A DNA stretch of 64,000 nucleotides from a virus. Location: the IMG/VR virus record IMGVR_UViG_3300008113_000016, positions 32,514 through 96,513 of that record; one strand, given 5' to 3'. The number at the start of each line of letters is the position of its first letter. Position 1 is the stretch's first letter. A program made the position numbers and the translations under genes. The notes under the pieces are model-generated. The model did not search any database and was not told the origin of the DNA. It saw only the letters and a list, made by a program, of their open reading frames with translations. Shown in pieces: positions 30,855 to 40,865 of this stretch.

Positions 30855-31157
30855 ATGCCAACAACACAAAAGGTACTGTACAGAGGAGTAGCACCAACAA
30901 CAAACGGTACTCTTTATACAGCAGCAACAACTGGGGGTACTGTAATTACAAACATTATTGTAAGCAATGCCTCAGCATCAGCAGGAACATTTAACTTTAC
31001 CCTAGACGGTATTGTTTTTGCACAGTCAAGTGCTGTTCCAGCAAATGGTTTTGTTAACTTTGATATCAAGCAAGTTCTACCTAACACAAAGACAATTGCT
31101 GGATCTGGTTCATCAACATCAATTTCATTTCATATTTCAGGAGTAGAACTCTCCTAA
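30855..31157 (+). CDS. small structural protein
   Basis: beta-rich, HISGVE end; paralogue of 36887-37210. Confidence 0.55.
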   Translation: MPTTQKVLYRGVAPTTNGTLYTAATTGGTVITNIIVSNASASAGTFNFTLDGIVFAQSSAVPANGFVNFDIKQVLPNTKTIAGSGSSTSISFHISGVELS

Positions 31158-31594
31158 TGCCAATTAATACATATCCTGCAAATGCTGGTGATCATTTTCA
31201 TAGCGGTCAATACATTCAGAGCAATGGTGACGTTATGAACGGAACACTTCTTTTGAAGTCTGTTAACACAAGGTCTGTAAGTCTTGGAACAGTTAGCGGA
31301 TCAGTAAACTTGGATATGGCTCAAGGTAATGACTTTATTGTTACCGTAAACGGAGCAACAACCTTTAATTTTACTGGTGTAACTGCATCAAATGCAGTTC
31401 TAGGAACATTGGTTCACTCAGTTGGTCTACAACTTATTAATGGTGGAAACTTTACAATGTCTTTCCCTGGAGTAAAGTGGGCTGGAGGAACAGTTCCAAC
31501 CCTAACTTCTAGCGCAACAGACATTCTTTCTTTTGTTACCTTTGATGGTGGTACCAACTGGCGAGGCATGATGGTATCAAAGGACAGTAAGTAA
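31157..31594 (+). CDS. tail fibre-associated protein
   Basis: VKWAGGTVPTLT...DILSFVTFDGGTNWRG. Confidence 0.6.
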   Translation: MPINTYPANAGDHFHSGQYIQSNGDVMNGTLLLKSVNTRSVSLGTVSGSVNLDMAQGNDFIVTVNGATTFNFTGVTASNAVLGTLVHSVGLQLINGGNFTMSFPGVKWAGGTVPTLTSSATDILSFVTFDGGTNWRGMMVSKDSK

Positions 31595-32055
31595 TGATGT
31601 TTGTATACGCTCCCAATAACACTGTTCAAGAGATTTTAAACGAAGATATGCTTCGTGCAGCATTTCCAGAGACAGCATTTCCAGTAGATATGTCTAACGC
31701 TGAACTTCCAAAAGATTACTATGATGTTAGAGATACAGAGATTCCTGCTTGGGATAAGGCAACAGAAAAAATTGTTGAAGAGATGGTTATTGAATTTGGT
31801 CACTGCTGGAAAAAGTATACAGTTGCTAAACTAAATGCAGAAGAACTAATTGCTCACAATGCAAGAAAGTGGTCAGAGTTAAGATATTTAAGAAATGTAG
31901 AACTACAAAGAACTGACTGGATGATGCTTCCAGATACTTGGGAAACATTTACAGACAAGCAGAAAAGAACAATTTTAGATTATAGATCAGAACTAAGAAA
32001 CATTACTGAGGGTTCAGATCCTTTCTCAATTACAATAAAGCCATTTGAGTGGTAA
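31594..32055 (+). CDS. tail fibre assembly chaperone
   Basis: W..LR..RN..L..TDW..LPD...YR.ELR.I. Confidence 0.75.
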   Translation: MMFVYAPNNTVQEILNEDMLRAAFPETAFPVDMSNAELPKDYYDVRDTEIPAWDKATEKIVEEMVIEFGHCWKKYTVAKLNAEELIAHNARKWSELRYLRNVELQRTDWMMLPDTWETFTDKQKRTILDYRSELRNITEGSDPFSITIKPFEW

Positions 32056-32071
32056 GGGAGGGCGTTAGGAT

Positions 32072-32992
32072 ATGGCGTTAAGACCTCATGCTAGAAGATC
32101 TGGATTTGCAGCCCCACTATCATTTTTACTTAGACAAATTATTGCTGCTGGATATGTTCATGCAGGATATAAAGACGCTTCTCCTTGGAGAAACGTAGCA
32201 AGAATTAATCACTCAAACGATACTTTTACTAACCTTGGAGATGTTCTTCAATATATTCATGCATATGCTGGAGGATTCTCTAATGCCGATAAGGCTTGGA
32301 TCACTCGTGGTGTTCCAAACTGGCTTCCAGCAACAACAAATGTATCAACGTTTAACATGAGAACAGAGACAACTTTTGGAGGAAACTACTCTGCGCCAGA
32401 GGCTATTGCAGACTGCGATGGCATGTGGCAAGAACAACTTCGTGGTTGGATGTATGCACACGGTGCCTCTTCCAATAGAATGAGATTTAATTTAGTCACT
32501 GAGGCTTGGATTAGTTCTCTTGGTGGTAACCTTACATCTGGTGGTTCTGGTCATGCAACAGCAGCACACGAAACAAGAGGATGGGCTTGGGCAGATGGTA
32601 ACACATCATCAAACGCTAGAAGCACTACATTTGCTACAGAAACAGAAGCAGTGACAAATGTTTATGGAAACTATGGTCAACAAAAAGGAATTTCTTCAAA
32701 ACTTTCATATGTGTATGCAGGAAATGAGGGAGACTATGCTGGTGGCAATAACCTTCGTAGGTTTAACGTAGCAACAGAAACTAACGTTGGTAACGTAGCC
32801 AAGCCAATTGGCAACAGTGGAGAAGAAAATTTTGACATGGGTCAAGAAAAACAATTTATGGCTGGCATGTATAATGGTCTACAAAACACTAGATCATGGC
32901 GTTTTAATTATACAACAGATAGCGGATACGAAATTACAGGTCCTGCGGGTACACCTGGAAGAAGTTCTGGCTACTGTTCATGGCGTTCTTAG
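32072..32992 (+). CDS. beta-propeller-like (Kelch-like) protein
   Basis: Repeated F.F.TET blades with Y.AG motifs. Confidence 0.55.
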   Translation: MALRPHARRSGFAAPLSFLLRQIIAAGYVHAGYKDASPWRNVARINHSNDTFTNLGDVLQYIHAYAGGFSNADKAWITRGVPNWLPATTNVSTFNMRTETTFGGNYSAPEAIADCDGMWQEQLRGWMYAHGASSNRMRFNLVTEAWISSLGGNLTSGGSGHATAAHETRGWAWADGNTSSNARSTTFATETEAVTNVYGNYGQQKGISSKLSYVYAGNEGDYAGGNNLRRFNVATETNVGNVAKPIGNSGEENFDMGQEKQFMAGMYNGLQNTRSWRFNYTTDSGYEITGPAGTPGRSSGYCSWRS

Positions 32993-33006
32993 AAAGGAAT
33001 AAATAG

Positions 33007-33744
33007 ATGAGATATGAGAGAGGTATTACCTCTGATGTAAGCAACTTTAATCAAGATCAAAAAGAGATTTTAAAGTATGCGTTAAACAGACAATGGGGAG
33101 TTCCAGTATTTAAGATTGATAATTTTATTGGAAATTCACACTTTACACCCTTTGGAAAAATTAGACAATTCATGATGGAACTTCAGGTTAGAGAAAATGT
33201 TGTTATGGACCTAGAGTTAATCATTGAAGAACTAAAAGCAAAAATTGAGATTGAAACAGAAGAAATTGAAGCAACAGATTCTCCAGGTAGAAAGAAACTT
33301 CATGCAGTTCAAATTGCTAAACACGAAAAAGATTTGTACGCATACAGAGAAAAGGTAACCTATGCCTATGAAGATAGAGATAAGATTATGATGCTTATTT
33401 CTAGATTTAATGATTCAGAAGACGGTAAGTTGCCAGACGGTAGAAGGCTTGTAGATTGCCTTGGAGACCACGATCTTGAAGAACAACTAGAAGAAGAGAT
33501 GTGGGTAGAACGTCTTGGGTCACAGGCTGCTTGGGATATTGCATTTTATGGAAGACCAGGAATTGGAAACGTTGAGGCAATTCAACAAATGCCTAAAGAT
33601 GTTCAAATTAAAACAATTCAGTTTGCTGCAAAGAAAGCAATTGAAACATCACATGTATTTGAGTTGGCAACTAAGCAAGCAATGGCAGAACTAGAGTTTA
33701 ACGACGAGGAGTGGCTAAACCTAGAAAGCAAGGAGTTAGAGTAA
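33007..33744 (+). CDS. coiled-coil hypothetical protein
   Basis: Heptad-rich ORF in operon. Confidence 0.6.
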   Translation: MRYERGITSDVSNFNQDQKEILKYALNRQWGVPVFKIDNFIGNSHFTPFGKIRQFMMELQVRENVVMDLELIIEELKAKIEIETEEIEATDSPGRKKLHAVQIAKHEKDLYAYREKVTYAYEDRDKIMMLISRFNDSEDGKLPDGRRLVDCLGDHDLEEQLEEEMWVERLGSQAAWDIAFYGRPGIGNVEAIQQMPKDVQIKTIQFAAKKAIETSHVFELATKQAMAELEFNDEEWLNLESKELE

Positions 33745-34337
33745 TGTATATACTTTATGAAACTCCAGATGTTAGCCACCATCACAATTGGATAGAAGAG
33801 ATAGGTCAGTACCTAAACTATAGAGTAGGATACTTTGACGACGAACTTCTTTATTCTCACAGACTTCCAAAGATGATACCTTTGCCAAATAAAGATGTTG
33901 CAATGGCGTGGAAATTTGCTGGAAATTTAACTGGAAACATAACAGTAAGAGAAGGCACCATAGTATATGATCAATTAGATAAAAACTCATTGAGAGAGTA
34001 CAAAGATAAGTTTAAATATTATCTAACACTTGAAGATAAATTAAATGCTGCTCAGTTAATGAAGATTGCCTTGTATGGAACTGTTACTAAGTACTTTTCT
34101 AACTGCAGCGATATAAACTTTCATGTGGCACCGTTCTACGATGCACCATTTAATCCAGATGAGATGCACAAGTCTTATGAGGAGATCTTGAGAAAGATTA
34201 ACGATTGTGCTACAATTGAGGACTGCAACGAACTAATGTATACAGATTTTGGATACAGCAGACCACCAAAGAATGAAGGTGACGGTTTATATTCTTATGA
34301 TGAAACCCCATCTGGTAATCCGACGAAAGGGTACTAA
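33744..34337 (+). CDS. hypothetical protein
   Basis: ATG overlaps upstream TAA. Confidence 0.6.
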   Translation: MYILYETPDVSHHHNWIEEIGQYLNYRVGYFDDELLYSHRLPKMIPLPNKDVAMAWKFAGNLTGNITVREGTIVYDQLDKNSLREYKDKFKYYLTLEDKLNAAQLMKIALYGTVTKYFSNCSDINFHVAPFYDAPFNPDEMHKSYEEILRKINDCATIEDCNELMYTDFGYSRPPKNEGDGLYSYDETPSGNPTKGY

Positions 34338-35980
34338 TGTTTACGGTTCCTCTGAACCCCAAACTCAACGAAAAGGAGATGGAGGGTTTTATTGCCTTTT
34401 TAGAAAAGTATAAGCACCTCATCTTTGACTTCTATTTTACTTGTCGCATACCACCATTTACACAGGATGCAATGGGTGACGTTTTTATTGGCGGGGAAGA
34501 AGATCATAACTATCTAAATGAATTGGCATTATTTATTCAGGAAAAGACTGGCGTAACTGCCTCTGCTGTATTTAATAATATAGAGGTTAGACCAGACCAA
34601 CAAAACCTAGACTTATGGATTGAAAACTTTAGACCTTGGTATGAAAAAGGTATTAGGTCTGTAACCATACCACACACACATTGGATGGCTACTGGTCAAA
34701 TTAAAAAGAATTTTCCAGAATTATTTGTTAAGAATACTATTTTAAGAAACGTGTCAGAGCCAAGAGACATTGAGAAGTTGGCTAAGGCTGGATTTGATTA
34801 CATTAATCTAGATCGTGATTTGATGAGAGACCACGAAAAGTTATTAAGGTTTAAGAAAGCAAAAGAAAAGTATGGAGTAAAACTATCCCTGCTTGCAAAC
34901 GAAGGATGCCTTGGTGGTTGCATTATGATGGACGAACACTATCAGTTTAACAATACAAGAACTGGTGGTCCTCAATATTTTAATGATCCAATCAGCCGTG
35001 TTGCCTGTCCTAAATGGGACATGGAAGATCAAGCAGTTATGTTAAAGACAGCAAACTTTACTCCATGGAGAGAGGACTGGGTTGAGTTCCTAGAAGAACT
35101 TGGTATTGATGTTATTAAGATGCATGGTCGTGAAGCAAAGACAAGGCTTCGTGAAAGCATGGACATTATTAAAAAGTTTGATAGCGGTGAAGAGATACTC
35201 TTTGAACACTTTAAAGGATTTATAGAAGAGACAAACCTAATAGATAAGCCCATAGATATATGGCGTAAAAAGATTAAGAACTGTAAGTTTGATTGTTGGG
35301 ACTGTGGTTTCTGTGACAAGATTATGCAGGCTAAGTATGGAAAGACAGTAGACCCCAAGGTCCTTCTTGTAACCAAGGAGTTAGTGGATTCTGTGAATAA
35401 CAGTATAGATATTGATATTCCTGGGCTAACTAGCCCTAGAGTCCAGTCTCTTATAAATAGCCTCTCTAAAGCCTCTACAGGCTACCTAGAGGTGGGTTCA
35501 GCCATGGGTGCTACGGCTGCAGCAGCCCTAAAGGATAACTCACTTAGGGCATACTTTGTAGATCTTTGGCAGGAAGATATCCAGCCATTCAAAGATAACT
35601 TATTTAATTTACCATCAAATACAAGGGATGGTTTTGTTAAGAATATAACACCCTATCTTGGTAAAAATAAAGTATCTGTAATTAAATCAGATATGTTAAA
35701 GGTAGACAAGCACAAGATAGAAAACATTGATCTGTTCTTTTACGACGGACCTCACGATAGACAATCCACATCAAAAGTGGTACAATATTATTCGGAAACA
35801 TTCGCTGACACGGCAGTCCTTATCTTTGATGATGCAAACTGGACTGAGGTTGTAGAGGGTGCTCAAGACGGAATAGCAAAGTCAGGCTTGAATGTTTTAT
35901 TTTCAAAAAAGGTTTTAAACGATATAGAATCAGAAAGGGATTGGTGGAATGGAATTTTCATCGTCGTTGTTAGTAGATAA
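34337..35980 (+). CDS. peptidase-U32-like Fe-S protein fused to class I SAM methyltransferase
   Basis: LLANEGC..GC, CPKW, IK.HGRE, CKFDCWDCGFC; YLEVGS..G, FFYDGPH, IFDD. Confidence 0.7.
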   Translation: MFTVPLNPKLNEKEMEGFIAFLEKYKHLIFDFYFTCRIPPFTQDAMGDVFIGGEEDHNYLNELALFIQEKTGVTASAVFNNIEVRPDQQNLDLWIENFRPWYEKGIRSVTIPHTHWMATGQIKKNFPELFVKNTILRNVSEPRDIEKLAKAGFDYINLDRDLMRDHEKLLRFKKAKEKYGVKLSLLANEGCLGGCIMMDEHYQFNNTRTGGPQYFNDPISRVACPKWDMEDQAVMLKTANFTPWREDWVEFLEELGIDVIKMHGREAKTRLRESMDIIKKFDSGEEILFEHFKGFIEETNLIDKPIDIWRKKIKNCKFDCWDCGFCDKIMQAKYGKTVDPKVLLVTKELVDSVNNSIDIDIPGLTSPRVQSLINSLSKASTGYLEVGSAMGATAAAALKDNSLRAYFVDLWQEDIQPFKDNLFNLPSNTRDGFVKNITPYLGKNKVSVIKSDMLKVDKHKIENIDLFFYDGPHDRQSTSKVVQYYSETFADTAVLIFDDANWTEVVEGAQDGIAKSGLNVLFSKKVLNDIESERDWWNGIFIVVVSR

Positions 35981-36863
35981 TCAAGAATACTTGTTGCTTT
36001 TAGCCATTGTCATGGGGCTATCTTTTGCAGCAAAGAAGACTCAATTTTTTCTTCCCCTGTATTCTTTAATTGCAAGAAAAGTAAAATCTAAAAGAGCAGT
36101 AGTTGCTTTAATTTCTTTAATATCTGGAGTGCTTCCAATTAATGGTCGTGCCTCAGTTTCTGCTGGAGCACTAGATACTATTGCTCCCAAGAAAAATAGA
36201 TCTAAGTATGGGGTCGTAGACTATCTATCAACACACCACTACTACTTCTGGTCTCCACTAGAGGCAACGGTTATCGTTCCAATGGCTACCCTAGGAATTA
36301 CCTATTGGCAGTTTATGGGAAGAATGCTTCCACTACTGCTGACCGCACTGGCTGTTATAGTATTTTATTTGTTTAGAGTATTAAAAGAAGAAGACATAGA
36401 TATTGATGTGGTCAAGAGGACAGAGCCAACTGAGTGGAAGCAAGATAGAAAGCAGTTGGTGGGCTACGCTAAGACATTGCTTTTTGTTGGTGCAATCATT
36501 ATTCTTGGCAACATCGTTAAGGCTAACTTTGAAACAATCAATGCTTGGGTAAACAGTGCTCACGACAATGGTCTACTGCTTATGGTTATTATTGCAGGAT
36601 TCTTAGCCTCTTTTGCTTTAGGAAGTAGTGGTAAGTTTGCAGGCTTTACTTCTCTATCTGCTACGGTATATGGAGTGGAATACCTACCATTGTTCTTTGC
36701 AATTGATTACGCAGGATACATGTTGTCTCCAGCACACAAGTGCTTGATCATTACAAAGTCTTATTTTGGAACAACACTAAAAGAACACTACAAGGCTATT
36801 TTTGCTTTGGTCATACCAGTCATGGCTATGGGCGTATTGACCTATCTAACAATTGATAAATAG
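35949..36863 (+). CDS. multi-pass membrane protein, DUF401/ion-transporter-superfamily-like
   Basis: Many TM helices; GYMLSPAHKCL...YF. Confidence 0.6.
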   Translation: MEFSSSLLVDNQEYLLLLAIVMGLSFAAKKTQFFLPLYSLIARKVKSKRAVVALISLISGVLPINGRASVSAGALDTIAPKKNRSKYGVVDYLSTHHYYFWSPLEATVIVPMATLGITYWQFMGRMLPLLLTALAVIVFYLFRVLKEEDIDIDVVKRTEPTEWKQDRKQLVGYAKTLLFVGAIIILGNIVKANFETINAWVNSAHDNGLLLMVIIAGFLASFALGSSGKFAGFTSLSATVYGVEYLPLFFAIDYAGYMLSPAHKCLIITKSYFGTTLKEHYKAIFALVIPVMAMGVLTYLTIDK

Positions 36864-36886
36864 TATAATTGGTTAGGAGGTAATAA

Positions 36887-37210
36887 ATGTATCCATCACA
36901 CACAATGACCCTTTATAGAGGAATAGTCCCATATAGCGGAAGCGGAACCTATACTAATGTATATACTTCTCCTTCTGCAGGTACTATCACTGTAATAAAG
37001 AATATAGTTGTTTCACACGATCATAATGCTGCCAGAGAAATAAGCATCAAACTTAATGGTGTCGCATTTCTAATTGACAAGCAAATTCAACCAAAAGACT
37101 TTGTAAACCTGCTTATTGATCAAAACGTAGATACTATTGAAATGTTTTGTACCCTAGACCCCGTAGATGGGGATATGCATGTGCATATTAGTGGTACAGA
37201 AGAGCACTAA
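36887..37210 (+). CDS. small structural protein paralogue
   Basis: LYRG..P, TVIKNIVVS, HISG shared with 30855-31157. Confidence 0.55.
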   Translation: MYPSHTMTLYRGIVPYSGSGTYTNVYTSPSAGTITVIKNIVVSHDHNAAREISIKLNGVAFLIDKQIQPKDFVNLLIDQNVDTIEMFCTLDPVDGDMHVHISGTEEH

Positions 37211-37241
37211 CATGCTATAATAATATAGCCTGTCCAACGGC

Positions 37242-37272
37242 AGTTAGTCCCCGAAAGGGGATTAACTTTTTT
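37242..37272 (+). terminator. intrinsic terminator
   Basis: AGTTAGTCCCC-GAAA-GGGGATTAACT followed by T-run. Confidence 0.75.
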
Positions 37273-37285
37273 AGAAAGGTAAAAT

Positions 37286-37651
37286 ATGAATATTCTGGTT
37301 TACGGAACAGATAGTTTTAATGACTATAGCACCTTCATGAGAGGGCTGGTGGTTTGCATAGACAACAACCACAAAGAAGAAACTCGTGAGGTAGTTATAT
37401 ATAGCGCAGGACCATATGCTTTAAACCATATGACTGCTGAGTTCTGCAATAAAACACTAGACTATTTTAAACAAAAGAAAATTAAGATTAAGTTTCATCG
37501 TATTCCTATTAAGACTGCTAGTAAGAAGATTGCAGAGATTAACCCAGATGAGGTAATATCTTTTCAAGCACGACTTGACAACACCTCTAAGGATCCGCTA
37601 AAATATACCTGTGAACTATTTGGCATTAAATACAGTTTTTATCGTGTTTGA
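37286..37651 (+). CDS. SLOG (YspA-related)-like protein
   Basis: ILVYGTDSFNDY N-terminus. Confidence 0.5.
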   Translation: MNILVYGTDSFNDYSTFMRGLVVCIDNNHKEETREVVIYSAGPYALNHMTAEFCNKTLDYFKQKKIKIKFHRIPIKTASKKIAEINPDEVISFQARLDNTSKDPLKYTCELFGIKYSFYRV

Positions 37652-37653
37652 TG

Positions 37654-37682
37654 TTGACAATTCTTTAAAACAAGCGTATAAT
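37654..37682 (+). promoter_or_regulatory. consensus sigma70/SigA promoter
   Basis: TTGACA-N17-TATAAT. Confidence 0.85.
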
Positions 37683-37699
37683 GATATTAAATAGAAAGG

Positions 37700-37957
37700 T
37701 TGGACATGGCACAAAAACAAAAAGATATTAAGACAATTGACTTGACATATGATCAGGCTCATGACCTAGTATCAAAGAACCCAGATTTGTATTGGGATGG
37801 ATACACCATTGTAAGTTGGAGAGAGAATGTAGATGCATTCACAATGCCTAATGGTTTATTCAGAAATGGTAAATGGGGTATTGCCTTCAGACACTCATTT
37901 AATGAGGCAGGCATTTGGAGGGTTCCAGTATTTTATGTTAATAGACGTAGACGGTAA
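37700..37957 (+). CDS. hypothetical protein
   Basis: ORF downstream of promoter with RBS. Confidence 0.6.
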   Translation: MDMAQKQKDIKTIDLTYDQAHDLVSKNPDLYWDGYTIVSWRENVDAFTMPNGLFRNGKWGIAFRHSFNEAGIWRVPVFYVNRRRR

Positions 37958-38222
37958 CTGGAAAAAAGACGCTGCTTGCAAGTCTTTAGATCCAGAACTA
38001 TTCTTCGACAAGTATGAAGAAGATCCAGACTTAGCAAAGGCTGTAGATCAGATTTGTTTAGGTTGTCCAGTAATCTCAAGATGTTTTGAGGTAGGTACTA
38101 GTTTGAATAACTATGGAGTCTGGGGTGGTGTATACTTAGTAGAGGGTGAGCCTGATAAGTCTCGTAACCTACATAAAACACAAACAGTTTGGACTGAAAT
38201 TATGGAGTTAATTAATGAGTAA
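37935..38222 (+). CDS. whiB: WhiB-family Fe-S transcription factor
   Basis: W...AAC...DPELFF...C..CPV...C...GVWGG. Confidence 0.92.
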   Translation: MLIDVDGNWKKDAACKSLDPELFFDKYEEDPDLAKAVDQICLGCPVISRCFEVGTSLNNYGVWGGVYLVEGEPDKSRNLHKTQTVWTEIMELINE

Positions 38223-38472
38223 GTTTACAGAAGATATGGCGTTTGCTGTTAGACAAATACCACACCCATATCCTGGATTGATTGTAGATTTTGTTGAGTT
38301 CCCAGACTATATTGGTATTCGTGTTTATGAAAATCAAATTATGGAACTTAATGACAACAAGCGTGTTACATTTATGGAATACTTACAGCAACTTCGTCAG
38401 ATGATTGAACTTGCTGGAGAAAAAGCATTCTTTGATGGTGTAGCGGGTGACCCGCCAAGTAAAAGGAGATAA
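38215..38472 (+). CDS. hypothetical protein
   Basis: ORF in operon. Confidence 0.6.
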   Translation: MSKFTEDMAFAVRQIPHPYPGLIVDFVEFPDYIGIRVYENQIMELNDNKRVTFMEYLQQLRQMIELAGEKAFFDGVAGDPPSKRR

Positions 38473-38656
38473 CGTGAACAGACCAGTGCTTATTATAGAG
38501 TTTAATATAATGGGGCAACTTCTCAAAGAAGGACTATACATGTCCTTGATTTCTTGGGAACAAGATGGTATACTTCACGAAGAGTATTTGGAAAACGATG
38601 AGTTTGTCCCACTTGAAGATCTTGGGTGGGAACATGAGCAAGAAACTAATTTCTAA
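38447..38656 (+). CDS. hypothetical protein
   Basis: ORF; start uncertain. Confidence 0.5.
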   Translation: MTRQVKGDNVNRPVLIIEFNIMGQLLKEGLYMSLISWEQDGILHEEYLENDEFVPLEDLGWEHEQETNF

Positions 38657-38669
38657 AAGATAGGGAATA

Positions 38670-39221
38670 ATGACTGTAATTGTTGGCGTAGTAAACAGTA
38701 CTGGATGCTATATTGCTGGTGACCGTGGGGCATCTGACGATAACATAATTCTTCCTTTAGCGCACCCAAAAGTTTGGAGAACTGGAAACTATCTTTTTGG
38801 ATATTACGGAAGTATGGATGGGGAAAAAGTTATGTATAACTTTGAGCCACCTGCTTTATCAAATAGAAAAAATGTAGATAAGTTTATGCTTGGAGATTTT
38901 ACTCAAGCCCTAAAAGCATTTTATGATCAACATTTTGTTTTTGCTACACAAGACAAAGAACTAGATTTTGGAATGATCATTATTGCTGGAAAGTATATGT
39001 ATGAGCATGATGCTGGAACAATGTCTATGACAAGATTTGAAACAGATTATCTTTCTGTTGGTAGCGGTTCTGAGTATGCTTATGGATCTCTTTATGCAAC
39101 ATCTGCTTGGTCGGACGGAAAGAAGAGAGCAAAGACTGCTATTGAGGCTGCAGTAAAATATAGCCCTAGTTGTATGGCACCCATAGATCTATTGGAGATA
39201 AAACATGAAGAAAAGCAATGA
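38670..39221 (+). CDS. HslV/proteasome-beta-like Ntn peptidase
   Basis: N-terminal Thr (MTVIVG), AGD, K, GSGS.YA.G. Confidence 0.8.
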   Translation: MTVIVGVVNSTGCYIAGDRGASDDNIILPLAHPKVWRTGNYLFGYYGSMDGEKVMYNFEPPALSNRKNVDKFMLGDFTQALKAFYDQHFVFATQDKELDFGMIIIAGKYMYEHDAGTMSMTRFETDYLSVGSGSEYAYGSLYATSAWSDGKKRAKTAIEAAVKYSPSCMAPIDLLEIKHEEKQ

Positions 39222-39513
39222 CGATTATTTAGTTAAGTTTGAAAAAGATGCAAGAGAGATTCTAGAAGAAGCCCTTGCAACTCTGATCAAAAAGCAGGAG
39301 GACTATGGTCCAAAGAACATTAGCACTGCCCCAGGAGGACCACTAAATGGTCTTATGGTGAGGCTGCATGATAAGATGGAGAGACTTAAAAATCTCATCT
39401 ACAATAATAGGATTACCAAAAATGAGTCTGTTGAAGACAGTTTCTTGGACAGCATGAACTACAATCTAATTGCCCTTATGGTTTTAAGAGGCAAGTGGGA
39501 TAACTGGGAGTGA
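39205..39513 (+). CDS. nucleotide-modification-associated domain protein (Nmad1/DUF1599-like)
   Basis: KK..DYG, R..DK..RL, ES..D...D..NY. Confidence 0.75.
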   Translation: MKKSNDDYLVKFEKDAREILEEALATLIKKQEDYGPKNISTAPGGPLNGLMVRLHDKMERLKNLIYNNRITKNESVEDSFLDSMNYNLIALMVLRGKWDNWE

Positions 39514-39681
39514 GCATGAAGTTGCATAAGACAGGGTTCTTTGGTATAATTGGGTTTGTGTTCATTTGGGCAACGCTCACTGTGATACATACCTTTAGGT
39601 CAATGAAAGACATTGACCTTTTTGATATCGGAGAAGACGATATCGAAGACAATCTAAATAATGAATAATTAAGGAGAATAA

Positions 39682-40788
39682 ATGAATTCATTTAAGAAAA
39701 TCGCTCTAGCCGTGGTTGCAGCCATGACTACCGCAACAATCGTAGCAACACCTGCAAGTGCTGCTGTAATGACAGTCGCTGTTGACCTTGCTGGAACGGC
39801 TAACACAACCGCTTCAGCAATTGCCACACCTGCTTCATTGCCAGTACCTGCTGATAACACGGTAGATGCTGCAGATGCACTTAAGTTTGTTGCAACAGTA
39901 GATACAGGAACAAACGTTACTGTAACAACTACAAATGCAACAATTGTATCTGCACTACATACTGCTGCTGCTCCAGTAGGAGCATCGTCAGGATCATCAT
40001 CTTTGACAATTGCAACTGGTACAGGAACAACTGCAACGTTCTATGTATACACAAAGACAACCGCAATCGGTACAGTTGTAGTTAATAATCAAGGAACAAC
40101 CCTTACATACTATGTACAGGGAACTGCTGGTAAGATTAATAACCTTACAGTATCTGCACCTGCATCTGGTGCTGCTGGAACAAAGCAAGACATTACTGTA
40201 ACTGCTACAGACGTATTTGGAAACAAGGTTTCTGGTAAGTCAATCACAGCATCAGTATTTGCTGCAACCGCAACACTAGATACAGCAACAGCAACAACTG
40301 GTGCAACACTTTCAGATTTTGGAGTTGCTAAGTTTGCTGCAACACTTCCATCAACTGGATCACGTTCACTAATTACATTTGCACCAACAACATCATCTGA
40401 TGCAACAACAGCAGATGTAGTTGGTCTTGCTGCTCGTACACTTGCACCGTTTGCAGAGATTACAGTTCGTGATCTAGTATCAGAACTTGCTGCACAGACT
40501 GCTGCAAAGGATGCAGCACTTGCTGCAAAGGCAGTAGCAGATGCTGCACTTGTTAAGGCAACTGCAGAACACACTGCTCTAATTGCTGCTGAAAAGGCTG
40601 CTTCTGCTAAGGCACTTGCCGATGCAAAGACTGCTTCAGATGCTGCACTTGTTGCAAAGGATGCAGAGATTGCAAAGTTGAAGGCAGATAATGCTGCTGC
40701 ACTTGCTGCAATTAAGAAGGCATTCAACGATCTTGCTAAGAAATGGAATGCAAAGAATCCAAAGGCAAAGGTCACACTAGTTAAGTAA
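39682..40788 (+). CDS. secreted Ala/Thr-rich surface protein with C-terminal coiled coil
   Basis: Signal peptide MNSFKKIALAVVAAM...PASA; Ig-like strands. Confidence 0.7.
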   Translation: MNSFKKIALAVVAAMTTATIVATPASAAVMTVAVDLAGTANTTASAIATPASLPVPADNTVDAADALKFVATVDTGTNVTVTTTNATIVSALHTAAAPVGASSGSSSLTIATGTGTTATFYVYTKTTAIGTVVVNNQGTTLTYYVQGTAGKINNLTVSAPASGAAGTKQDITVTATDVFGNKVSGKSITASVFAATATLDTATATTGATLSDFGVAKFAATLPSTGSRSLITFAPTTSSDATTADVVGLAARTLAPFAEITVRDLVSELAAQTAAKDAALAAKAVADAALVKATAEHTALIAAEKAASAKALADAKTASDAALVAKDAEIAKLKADNAAALAAIKKAFNDLAKKWNAKNPKAKVTLVK

Positions 40789-40801
40789 TTAACACAACAT
40801 T

Positions 40802-40831
40802 AAGGGGCTAACTAAGGTTAGCCCCTTTTTT
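40802..40831 (+). terminator. intrinsic terminator
   Basis: GGGCTAAC-TAAG-GTTAGCCC followed by T-run. Confidence 0.8.
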
Positions 40832-40865
40832 GTTTGTCAAATGATATACTTATCTTGTAAGACAT

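Noticed and set aside
37228-37245. SAM-SAH riboswitch resemblance (CCTGTC-CAACGGC)
   Set aside because: The 3' pairing strand and pseudoknot partner are absent
40110-40775. 221-aa minus-strand ORF
   Set aside because: Antisense shadow of an Ala-rich, codon-biased gene
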